NCBI GenBank assembly: GCA_039798785.1
Contig: JBDKFG010000003.1
Location: 47,373 to 111,372, forward strand
Reading direction: 5' to 3'
DNA from: Verrucomicrobiota bacterium
GTDB lineage: Bacteria > Verrucomicrobiota > Lentisphaeria > Lentisphaerales > Lentisphaeraceae
Length of the DNA stretch: 64,000 nt
Made by a program: the position numbers and the translations under genes. Positions within the stretch are counted from its first letter, which is position 1. Each line of letters starts with the position of its first letter. This document shows, piece by piece, positions 1-8,639 of the stretch. The notes under the pieces are model-generated. The model made no database searches. It was not told the origin of the DNA and was given only the letters and a program-made list of their open reading frames with translations.

Positions 1-26
1 GCAGAATTCACCGGAATACCACTCCC

Positions 27-1520
27 ATGAGCACGCCATCCCGTTCCCCGGCCCAGATCCGCGAGGAAATTCTCCGTCTCACGGGAGAGTACGCCCGCTC
101 GGTTCATGCGCGCAGCCTGCCCGCCGAGCATCCCAATCGCCCGGCGCGTCAAGAGGGGGAATCCCTACCCTATGCCGCCCGAGTCTTCGGCGCCGAAGAA
201 GTCCAAGCCGCCGTCGGCTCTGCGCTTGACTTCTGGCTCACTCTTGGCCCCGAAGGCGACAAGATGGAGCGTGATCTCGCCAAAGTTCTCGGCGTTCACA
301 AATGCCTCCTGGTCAACAGCGGTTCCTCCGCCAATCTGATCGCGGTCAGCGCCTTGACCTCGCATCGTCTTCCCGCTCACAAACGGCTCCGTCCTGGCGA
401 CGAAGTGATCACCTGCGCCGCTGGTTTCCCCACCACCGTCGCCCCGATCCTGCAGAACGGCCTGGTGCCGGTCTTCATCGACAACGATCCGGTCACCGGC
501 AATGCCCGGATGGATCAGCTTGAGCTAGCCTACTCCCCCGGCAAGACCAAAGCCGTGATTTTTGCCCATACCCTGGGCAACCCTTTCGATCTCGCGACCT
601 GCCTAGCCTTCTGCCGCAAACATGACTTGTGGCTGATCGAGGACAACTGCGATGCCTTGGGATCGACCTATTCGATGCCCGAAACCCTGGCACTCGAACT
701 CAGTCTCGATCTCGACAAAAATCTCACTCCCGGCAGCGGCCGTCTCACTCGGATGACCGGCGCCTGGGGCGATATCTCGACCCAGAGCTTCTATCCCCCC
801 CACCATCTCACCATGGGGGAAGGAGGCAGCGTCAACATCGTCAATTCCGGCCTACTCAAATCGGTGGCGGAATCCCTCCGCGACTGGGGCCGTGACTGCT
901 GGTGCCCCTCCGGCAAGGACAATACCTGCTGCAAACGCTTCGGCTGGCAACTTGGCGAACTGCCCAAAGGCTACGATCACAAATACATCTATTCGCACCT
1001 CGGCTACAATCTCAAGCCCACCGACATCCAAGCCGCCATCGGCAATGTCCAACTGTCCCGTCTGCCGGCTTTCACTGAGGCCCGCAAGAACAACTGGCAG
1101 GCACTCCGCGAAGCTCTCGAGCCTTTGGCTGAGCACATTAAATTCTCCTTGCCCACCCATGCCGACGCCTGGACGCCCTCAGGCTTCAGTTGGGACTCTA
1201 GCGCTTGCGAAGCCATCCCTTCCTGGTTCGGCTTCATGCTGCTGGTCAAGCCCAGCGCCCCCTTCACCCGCACCGATCTCGCACGCCGCCTCGACGAATA
1301 CAAGATCGGCAACCGGATGCTCTTCGGCGGCAATCTGGTTCGCCAGCCTGCCTTTGTTCAGCTCCGCCACGACAACCCGCAAGCCTTCCGCACGCCCGTC
1401 GCCCTCCCCGGGGCTGACCAACTGATGAACGAAGCGATTTTTATTGGGGTCTATCCCGGCATCGGACAAGATGAAACCCGACCTATTCTCAAGTGCATCC
1501 AGGCGTTCTGTCCACGATGA
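27..1520 (+). CDS. rfbH: CDP-4-keto-6-deoxy-D-glucose 3-dehydrase (E1, RfbH/DdhC)
   Basis: NSGSSAN, GFPTT and SFYPPHHLTMGEGG motifs (His replaces the PLP Lys, typical of E1). Also the Cys-rich RDCWC...NTCC Fe-S motif and GYDHKY. Confidence 0.93.
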   Translation: MSTPSRSPAQIREEILRLTGEYARSVHARSLPAEHPNRPARQEGESLPYAARVFGAEEVQAAVGSALDFWLTLGPEGDKMERDLAKVLGVHKCLLVNSGSSANLIAVSALTSHRLPAHKRLRPGDEVITCAAGFPTTVAPILQNGLVPVFIDNDPVTGNARMDQLELAYSPGKTKAVIFAHTLGNPFDLATCLAFCRKHDLWLIEDNCDALGSTYSMPETLALELSLDLDKNLTPGSGRLTRMTGAWGDISTQSFYPPHHLTMGEGGSVNIVNSGLLKSVAESLRDWGRDCWCPSGKDNTCCKRFGWQLGELPKGYDHKYIYSHLGYNLKPTDIQAAIGNVQLSRLPAFTEARKNNWQALREALEPLAEHIKFSLPTHADAWTPSGFSWDSSACEAIPSWFGFMLLVKPSAPFTRTDLARRLDEYKIGNRMLFGGNLVRQPAFVQLRHDNPQAFRTPVALPGADQLMNEAIFIGVYPGIGQDETRPILKCIQAFCPR

Positions 1521-2377
1521 AGGTGCTCATCACAGGCGCCAGTGGCTATCTCGGCAGACACTTGTCGCGCCGTCTTGTGATGGCAGGCCATCAAGTCTAC
1601 GGACTCACCCGTGGCAAGCCGATGCCCCCCGGTGTCGTGCCCATGACAGCCTCCATACAGGATCCGGACGCCTTTGTCTCCGCCTTCCAGGCGGTGGCTC
1701 CCGAAGCCGTCTGTCATCTAGCTGCCGAGTCAATCGCGGAACCTAGCCCAGAACAGATCGCTCAACTTGTCGAAGCCAATGTCCACCTGCCGCTCCTACT
1801 CTTGCAAGCGATGCGTCACGCCAGCGTGAACCGGATTCTTCAAGCTGGCTCCTATTGGCAACTGGCGGACAACCGACTCGACCATCCAATCAATACCTAT
1901 GCGCTTACCAAAAACATGGCGGCGCAGGCATTCGATCACTATGCTCATCGCCACCAGTTCGAAGTGATCACCCTGCATCTAGGCGACATCATCGGCCCTT
2001 CGGATCCCCGCCCCAAGCTTCTGCCAGCCCTGCTGCGCGCCTATCGTCAAGGAAGCATCCTGCCCATGAGCAGCGGAGAACAGCCAATGTATCCTCTCGG
2101 GGTCGCAGACGCGGCTGCCGCTTTCGAACTGGCCTTGACCCTGTTTCGCCCCGGACACCAAAGATTTCGAGTGATGGGTGAAAAAATCAGCGTCCGGGAA
2201 TTCGTCGCGGCGCTTGCCGATGCAAGGGAACAACCAGCGCCAGTAAACTTTGGTGCCTTGTCCAATGTCGGCAGCAGCATGAACGGCCCCTTCGATTGCG
2301 TCCCCCCCCTGCCTGGTGCACAGACCCACAGCCTAAAGACGACCTTGCGGGAGATTCTTGCCGAGGAATCGCGATGA
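1517..2377 (+). CDS. NAD-dependent epimerase/reductase, probably CDP-3,6-dideoxyhexose 4-reductase (RfbJ/RfbS-like)
   Basis: ATG at 1517 overlaps the rfbH stop (ATGA). GASGYLG Rossmann motif and YALTK catalytic motif; lies directly after rfbH. Confidence 0.75.
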   Translation: MKVLITGASGYLGRHLSRRLVMAGHQVYGLTRGKPMPPGVVPMTASIQDPDAFVSAFQAVAPEAVCHLAAESIAEPSPEQIAQLVEANVHLPLLLLQAMRHASVNRILQAGSYWQLADNRLDHPINTYALTKNMAAQAFDHYAHRHQFEVITLHLGDIIGPSDPRPKLLPALLRAYRQGSILPMSSGEQPMYPLGVADAAAAFELALTLFRPGHQRFRVMGEKISVREFVAALADAREQPAPVNFGALSNVGSSMNGPFDCVPPLPGAQTHSLKTTLREILAEESR

Positions 2378-3339
2378 AAACATATCATTTCGGCGTCAGC
2401 AGCAGCGCCGCCTATGCTCCTTATGTCGTGGTGCTGCTCCGCTCCTTGGAGGCCTTCCTCTCTCCAGAAGAGGAAATCCAGCTCCATGTGATGACCTCGG
2501 TGCGAGACCAGGACCTGACTCGTGCTCGTCTTGAAAAACTCGACAATGTCAGCATCTATGTCATCCCCAGCGCGATCGAAGAGCTTCTCTCCTTTGATGC
2601 CTGCTTGATCAAACATGTCGACAGTCCGACCTTCTACCGGCTTTTTCTCGTCGAAGAGGTGGCCAAACAAGTGTCAAGGCTTGAGCGTTTTGTTCATATT
2701 GATCTCGACATGCTCTGCGTCGGCCCTTGGCAGGAGCTCTTCACAATTGACCTGGAATCCCGCCTCTGCGCTGCGGTGGAGGACATAAGTATCAACGAAT
2801 TATTTGCCTCGCAAGATCCGATTTTTGCCAACTACCGGCAGGACTTGGGCTTCGTAGATGGAGATCGATATTTTAATGCTGGCCTACTGGTCATTGATGT
2901 CCCGATCTGGCGAAAAGAAGGGATAACGGCGACTGCGACCGAGTTTCTTCGCCAACATCCTGGAAAGTTGCGCTATGCTGAGCAGACGGTTTTAAACAGC
3001 TGTCTCCGCGGACGATGGAAACCCTTACCTTACGGATACAATCACCAAGTGGCCAATCGCCCGGACTACCGCGGCGAGGTGATCATCGCCCACTATGTCG
3101 GCAGTAAAAAGCCTTGGTCTTGTGGCCCGATGAACCCCAAGGCCTGGCATGATCGACGCAATCTCCCCCTCTTGGACCATCCGCTTTATCAAGCTTATTG
3201 GCGGGCTCAGGAGATTTTAAATGGCATGATGTATCACCACCCACCGTTCGTAAGATCACGATTAGCCCGATTGGCCAAGATCCTCGGCGAAATTATTCTC
3301 CGGCGCAAATACGATATTAACTGCTACCGGGAGCCTTGA
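2374..3339 (+). CDS. Glycosyltransferase family 8
   Basis: ATG at 2374 overlaps the upstream stop. Motifs FYRL, HIDLD (DxD), YFNAGLLVID, EQTVLN and HYVGSKKPW. Confidence 0.88.
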   Translation: MKTYHFGVSSSAAYAPYVVVLLRSLEAFLSPEEEIQLHVMTSVRDQDLTRARLEKLDNVSIYVIPSAIEELLSFDACLIKHVDSPTFYRLFLVEEVAKQVSRLERFVHIDLDMLCVGPWQELFTIDLESRLCAAVEDISINELFASQDPIFANYRQDLGFVDGDRYFNAGLLVIDVPIWRKEGITATATEFLRQHPGKLRYAEQTVLNSCLRGRWKPLPYGYNHQVANRPDYRGEVIIAHYVGSKKPWSCGPMNPKAWHDRRNLPLLDHPLYQAYWRAQEILNGMMYHHPPFVRSRLARLAKILGEIILRRKYDINCYREP

Positions 3340-4630
3340 GACCAAGAATCCGGGCGACTTTGGCGGCGTCGAAGGGGGCAATGTAGTGGGGCCATAATTC
3401 ATTTTTTACGTGATTTTCAGCAGCAATATTCTCGCGCAATTTTTTCGATGTATGAGCTACGGGGCAATTTGCTTCAGTGCCATTGAAAGGCGGGAACAAG
3501 GGTGCAGAGTCATAGCCAACACCATTTACAAGTGGTTCATATGCATAATAAGGGCACCCCATGGCCATGGAATCAAAAAGTACAGTGCTTGTTGGGCCAA
3601 TAACATAAGCTGCTTTTCCTAGAGATTCATTTAACGGCAAATTGTCCCATTCAAAAAAATCAGTTCCAAGATGTCGACGGTACCATTCCAGAGACTCTGA
3701 AGGATGGGGGCGCGCACGGCACCTAGAGACACCTAGCAAAAGTAAAACCTCCCTAACTTCATCCAAATACATTAAACTAAAGGCTCGATCACCAGTTCTA
3801 ACCCCTGGAGAATCTGGCACCCCCGCCATGGCTTTACATAGGACCAAAGGCATTGCGCCATTATCATGAGTTACTTGAATGCCTGCTGCTTGTTTGTAAC
3901 GAGCACTTCCGACAACATAAATTTTATCTCCCGGCACACCTGCTGATGTGTAGTTTTCTTTTATCTTATCACCCCAGACAAGTAAAATATCGGCAAGATT
4001 GTCATCAATATGGTTGTAGCGACCAGGGAAGCCATGGATAAACACGGCGGAACAAATACCGGCACGGCGAGCAGCTGTCACCAATGTAGACTCAAAAAAC
4101 GTAGTGTCATTTGGAACGACTACCACTTGAACTTGATGTTCGATTAAAAGACATTTCAGTCGATCAACAAATTGATCAACTCTGGACATAAATTCAAATT
4201 GAATGAGATCATTAAAATCAAGATCTACTACTGCAAATCGAAGCCATCGCATTTCAGACACAAGTTCTCTATCCCACAAAAAAGGTCCTTGATCTGAGAT
4301 ATCCCAAGGCGGCCGACAAACATTCCACCCCAGCAATGAAATTTCTTGATTAAAATTAAAGTAGGCCGAGGAAACCACATCTATACGGGATTTTTTTTTG
4401 CATGTAGTTCCATTAAGTGATCGCCTAATATCTCCCAAAAAATGACGCGCCTTCTTTAAATTTCGAGACATCATTGAATCTCTAACAATTTGACGTGAAA
4501 AGTGATCCCCAAAATAATAAAGACGCCTATCCATTTCATCTCGAATACAACGCATAATTTCTGGGGGTGTCTGGGACTGCCTTAGCTTCCTAAGGGTAAA
4601 TGAATCAAGTCCTTCAAATGGGTCTTTCAT
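3317..4630 (-). CDS. AT-rich GT-B-like protein, candidate nonulosonic acid (pseudaminyl) transferase
   Basis: Motifs IHG, LLVWG, VVGSARY, RPHP and STVLFDSMAMG resemble CMP-ulosonate transferase / glycerophosphotransferase-like GT-B proteins. Last gene of the pse block. Confidence 0.55.
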   Translation of the reverse strand: MKDPFEGLDSFTLRKLRQSQTPPEIMRCIRDEMDRRLYYFGDHFSRQIVRDSMMSRNLKKARHFLGDIRRSLNGTTCKKKSRIDVVSSAYFNFNQEISLLGWNVCRPPWDISDQGPFLWDRELVSEMRWLRFAVVDLDFNDLIQFEFMSRVDQFVDRLKCLLIEHQVQVVVVPNDTTFFESTLVTAARRAGICSAVFIHGFPGRYNHIDDNLADILLVWGDKIKENYTSAGVPGDKIYVVGSARYKQAAGIQVTHDNGAMPLVLCKAMAGVPDSPGVRTGDRAFSLMYLDEVREVLLLLGVSRCRARPHPSESLEWYRRHLGTDFFEWDNLPLNESLGKAAYVIGPTSTVLFDSMAMGCPYYAYEPLVNGVGYDSAPLFPPFNGTEANCPVAHTSKKLRENIAAENHVKNELWPHYIAPFDAAKVARILGLKAPGSS

Positions 4631-4723
4631 TAAATGACAGCCTTCAATCAGTTTAAATGCGAAAAGATTTTCCTAACAATTCTTGAGACCAATTTTTGGC
4701 CATAATGTGCACGTGACCTAAGC

Positions 4724-5785
4724 TTATCTGTCATCAAGCTGCTCCCAATTGAGAGCCGTGCCTGAGGCGAGATTGCGGTTGACAGCTTTCCCAAGAATCG
4801 CATCGTAGTATTTCGGTGGCAGGCCGAACCCGGGTCGAATGGATCGAACATTCTCAGTAGTGATTAGGTCTCCAGCTTTGATGTCCTTGATCACATACAA
4901 TGATCGACGGAACTTAATATTAGCAGCCTCCGAGCCCTTGAGGTGGTAGGAAGCGCTGCCGAGGGCAGACCAGGCCGTCTTGGCGTCGCGGCAGAGGGCG
5001 GCCAGCTCGGCAGGTTCGAGAGAGAAGGAGTCGTCGGGACCGCCACCCTTGCGGTCCAAGGTGACGTGTTTTTCGATGACGCAGGCGCCGAGGGCGACGG
5101 CGGCGAGAGAGGTAGCGTTGTCGATGGTGTGGTCGGAGAGGCCGGCAAGCACCCCGAAGCGGCAGGCGATGTCGGGAATAGTGCGCAGGTTGTAGTCGGC
5201 GGCGGGGGCGGGGTAGCCGCTGACGCAGTGAAGGACGACGAGTTCCTGGCATCCGTTCTGGCGGGCGCAAGCGACCGCCTCGGCGATTTCGCGTTCATTG
5301 GCGAGACCGGTGGAGATGATCATAGGCTTGCCAGTCTGAGCAACGCGACGGATCAGCGGCAGGTCGATAAGCTCGAATGAGGCGATCTTGTAGGCCGGTG
5401 CGCCGAGTGATTCAAGGAGATCAACGGCGGTAAAATCGAAGGGGGTGGAGAAGATGGTGATGCCCAACTCCTTGGCTCGGGCGAAGAGTGGCTCATGCCA
5501 CTCCCAGGGCATGTAGGCCTTGGAGTAGAGCTGGTGCAGCGTCTGGCCGTCCCAGAGTCCGCCGGTATCGATCTGGAAATCAGGACCGTCAGCATCGATG
5601 GTCATGGTGTCTGCAGAATAGGTCTGCAATTTAATCGCATCGGCCCCTGCCTTCTGAGCCATCTCAAGGATGGCAAGGGCGCGATCAAGAGATCCGTTGT
5701 GGTTGGCGGAAATTTCGGCGATGATGTAGGGAGGGTGCTGCGGACTGATGGTGCGGCCAGAAATCGAGATGGCGTGAAGGCTCAT
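4724..5785 (-). CDS. pseI: Pseudaminic acid synthase
   Basis: IIAEISANHNG, KLQTY, YKIASFE, GLSDHT, IEKH, and a C-terminal SAF domain (RRSLY...IRPGFGLPP). Confidence 0.93.
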   Translation of the reverse strand: MSLHAISISGRTISPQHPPYIIAEISANHNGSLDRALAILEMAQKAGADAIKLQTYSADTMTIDADGPDFQIDTGGLWDGQTLHQLYSKAYMPWEWHEPLFARAKELGITIFSTPFDFTAVDLLESLGAPAYKIASFELIDLPLIRRVAQTGKPMIISTGLANEREIAEAVACARQNGCQELVVLHCVSGYPAPAADYNLRTIPDIACRFGVLAGLSDHTIDNATSLAAVALGACVIEKHVTLDRKGGGPDDSFSLEPAELAALCRDAKTAWSALGSASYHLKGSEAANIKFRRSLYVIKDIKAGDLITTENVRSIRPGFGLPPKYYDAILGKAVNRNLASGTALNWEQLDDR

Positions 5786-5802
5786 AGAAGCTTGTCCTTA
5801 GG

Positions 5803-6471
5803 TTATGAAATCGCCCGGATTAATTGAAAGGCTTCGGCGTAGTGTATGCCATGTTGATGGCCTCGCCAGGTGGCAAGGGCATGCACGGCTTCATGGGAGC
5901 GAGCGTGGGGCGACGGTCGCATTTCGGCATGGTAGGCGCGCAGCGCTTGCTGCTTACGGTCCAAGGTGGAGCTGATGTCAACGACAAAATTGGGAACGAA
6001 CGAGGGAAGTATGTCTGCGGCCCAGTGGGAAGCGGAGGGGACCTCAAAACTCAGGATTTGCTTCACCGACATTCCGGGGAGCGGCCGGCATGCGGTAAGA
6101 ACCGCTTGGAGGGTGAGCCGATGGTCAATATTGAGATCGCCCGCGTGGTGCGTAAAAACCGTATCGAAGGAGCGTTCAAGCAGAAAAGCTTCCACCGACT
6201 GCGCCAGAGTAAGCAGCGGGATCGAATCTAGCTGGTTGTCGGGGTAGTCGAGGAAAGTGGGCTCGCCGGCCCCCAGGATGACAGCGGCTTCCCGGGCAGT
6301 CTTCCCTCGGTGCGGCGACACGGAGGAGCGAGATGTTTCTCCGTCTGCCAGGAACAGGATCGAGATCTGGGCGCCAATGTCGGCAAGGCGGGCGATTGTG
6401 CCACCGCAGCCCAGCGCTTCATCATCAGGATGAGCGGCGATGATAGCGACTGTCTTCATTTCGTTAATCAT
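5803..6471 (-). CDS. PIG-L family N-acetyl deacetylase
   Basis: AHPDDE zinc motif, THHAGDLNIDH, and C-terminal AEAF. Confidence 0.88.
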   Translation of the reverse strand: MINEMKTVAIIAAHPDDEALGCGGTIARLADIGAQISILFLADGETSRSSVSPHRGKTAREAAVILGAGEPTFLDYPDNQLDSIPLLTLAQSVEAFLLERSFDTVFTHHAGDLNIDHRLTLQAVLTACRPLPGMSVKQILSFEVPSASHWAADILPSFVPNFVVDISSTLDRKQQALRAYHAEMRPSPHARSHEAVHALATWRGHQHGIHYAEAFQLIRAIS

Positions 6472-7162
6472 GGGAAGTCCCTCCCGGCTTGTTGGCAGGT
6501 ATGAATCTGACTGTGGCAGTCAAATCGCCTTTGTCGTAGCAGGCTTTGGAGAATTCCAAGCGCCAGCCCCCAAACTCCAGGAAGGCTTTCGGATAAGAGG
6601 GGGCATCCATCATGCGGATGCGATCGTGAAGTTCTTCGGCAGTGCCGGACTCAGGCAGTCGGCTGTCTTCGGGGCGGCGGCGGGGGAAGGCCGTGATTTC
6701 CCCCTCTTGCGCCTGTGGCAACGGCTCGCGACGGACGATCTCGCCGATCTGGAGCCAGACGAGCTCGGCGGCGCGCCGGAAGATCTCTTCGGCAGAGCCC
6801 TCCAGACTCAGATCGCTCTTCAGGTAAACCGGCCCGGCGTCGAGGGCGGCGACCATGCGCAGGGCCGAGAGCCTGGTGTCGCGGTGACCTCGGATAATGA
6901 GATTCTGAAGAGGGCTGCCGCCTCGTCCATAGGGGACATCGGTCATGTGGAAGCAGACGCATTCGGCAAGCGCAAGTATGGCGTCGGGAACCTTCCAGGA
7001 CCAGTGGGGGAAAAAGAGATAGCGCGGGCGGGTCTTCTCGAGGAGTTCAGGCGTCAAGTCTTCCGGCCGGGTGATCAGCGTCCACGACCCAGGCAACTGC
7101 GGAGAGTGTCTCTTGAACGCCTCAACGTTCCACTCATGAATGCAGGCGACGATGTAGTTCAT
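6464..7162 (-). CDS. Sugar N-formyltransferase (methionyl-tRNA formyltransferase-like)
   Basis: FFPHWSW, FHMTDVPYGRGGSPLQN and LDAGP motifs; embedded in the pse operon. Confidence 0.85.
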   Translation of the reverse strand: MNYIVACIHEWNVEAFKRHSPQLPGSWTLITRPEDLTPELLEKTRPRYLFFPHWSWKVPDAILALAECVCFHMTDVPYGRGGSPLQNLIIRGHRDTRLSALRMVAALDAGPVYLKSDLSLEGSAEEIFRRAAELVWLQIGEIVRREPLPQAQEGEITAFPRRRPEDSRLPESGTAEELHDRIRMMDAPSYPKAFLEFGGWRLEFSKACYDKGDLTATVRFIPANKPGGTSHD

Positions 7163-8637
7163 GGAATCTGTTCTCCGCCGAGAATGTAGCTGCGGGTTTT
7201 CTCGTTGTCAGTTTCCAGGCGGAAGCCGCAGGCTTCGAAAAGTCGACGGGAGCTCTGGTTCTCATGAAGAACCTGGGCTTCGACGCGAGTGACGACAGCG
7301 GCGCGGCGCAGTCTGCTCAGACCGGCCAGCAGAAGAGGCTGGCCGAGCCCGCGGCCACGGGCGCCGGGAGCGAGGTGGATGTCGGTACACCAGACGCCTT
7401 CGCCGAGGCGGTTGAAGCGGATCTGGCCGAGCTCCCCGCCCTCGAGGTCCGCGGCGATCCAAAGGAAGGAGCTGTCGCCCTGACGGGAAAGCTCGCGGGC
7501 GAACCAGGACTGGTGGGATTCCCAGGGTATGGGTTCGGGGCTGAAAGACATCTGGCGGATCAGCGGATCGTTGGCCCAACGCCACAGCGTTTCACAGTCG
7601 CCGGCCTCGGCGGGACGCAGCCAAAGCGGGCGCTCGAGCATCCTGGAGGCCAAACGAGAGGCGCCCCAGCCGTCCACTGCCGTCGACGAGGCACTGGAGA
7701 TGCGGGGGAGCTCGGTACTGTCCGCCAGCAAGGGATAGAGCAAGGCCGGGAGCTTGAGCTTCAGTTCGTCGCGCTCCAGCACCCAGGCCAGTCCGGCGCT
7801 TGCGAGGTTGGCAGCGACGAGCTTCTGGTTCGATGCGAAGGGAACGAGGACGGAGGGGACTCCGAGGCAGCATCGCTCCCAGGAACTTGAGCCGGGGGCG
7901 CCGATGGCGAAGTCGGCCCAGCAGAGATGGCTGGCGACCTCATCGACGAAGTCGAAGACTTGCAGGGGGTAGGAGAGCGGCATGTCCTGCGGAAGCCGGC
8001 TGGCACCCAGCACGGCGCGCACTTCTATGCCGGGAAGCCCGTCCATGGCGAGGAGTGCGTCGAGAAGGAGCTCGGAGCAGTCGCCGCCGCCGAAATTGAC
8101 GAAGACGCGGCGCAGAGGATGGGGACTGCGGCGCCTGGGCAAGCTGGAAGGGCGCGCGGCAGCGAATTCAGGGCGCAGCAGAGCCTCGCGGGCGCCGCAA
8201 ATACTCAGGCAGCCTGGAGGCAGAAAGGGCGCGTAGGCGGCAGGATCGCGGCCAAGAGTTTGATCGAAAAGGATATCGCAATCATGTTGGCGATCTGCCA
8301 AGTCGTCGATGGCGAGGATGCGCCGGGTGGAGGGACGCATGGATGATTCCCAGGCGGAACCGAGTTCATAATGGTCGACCACCAGCCAGTCGCAGCGCTG
8401 CTTCCCCAGGACGCTGCGGCAGGCAGCGGCCTCAGCTGATTCGTTCGCAGCTTCCGGCAAATTGACGAGGAGGTGGCCCTGCCTCTGAACCCGTGCGGCG
8501 AGGTGATCGGGGATGTCGCGGCAGAAGAAGAGGCACTTCGCGCCCTCGGCGGCCAAGACGTCGGCGAGCGTCAGGCAGCGCATCAAATGCCCGGCGCCGA
8601 CGCGCCGACCGGCGTCGCAACGGAAGGCGACGCGCAT
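7159..8637 (-). CDS. pseG: PseG (UDP-2,4-diacetamido-2,4,6-trideoxy-beta-L-altropyranose hydrolase) fused to a C-terminal PseH-like GNAT acetyltransferase
   Basis: FRCDA...GAGHLMRC, VVDHY, IDDLADR, GSSSWERC and NQ motifs. The C-terminal LWRWANDP...GQIRF...GRGLG region is a GNAT. Confidence 0.88.
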   Translation of the reverse strand: MRVAFRCDAGRRVGAGHLMRCLTLADVLAAEGAKCLFFCRDIPDHLAARVQRQGHLLVNLPEAANESAEAAACRSVLGKQRCDWLVVDHYELGSAWESSMRPSTRRILAIDDLADRQHDCDILFDQTLGRDPAAYAPFLPPGCLSICGAREALLRPEFAAARPSSLPRRRSPHPLRRVFVNFGGGDCSELLLDALLAMDGLPGIEVRAVLGASRLPQDMPLSYPLQVFDFVDEVASHLCWADFAIGAPGSSSWERCCLGVPSVLVPFASNQKLVAANLASAGLAWVLERDELKLKLPALLYPLLADSTELPRISSASSTAVDGWGASRLASRMLERPLWLRPAEAGDCETLWRWANDPLIRQMSFSPEPIPWESHQSWFARELSRQGDSSFLWIAADLEGGELGQIRFNRLGEGVWCTDIHLAPGARGRGLGQPLLLAGLSRLRRAAVVTRVEAQVLHENQSSRRLFEACGFRLETDNEKTRSYILGGEQIP

Positions 8638-8639
8638 GG

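Noticed and set aside
6464..7162. Annotation as housekeeping fmt
   Set aside because: It is too short (232 aa), lacks the typical Fmt N-terminus, and sits inside the pse operon.
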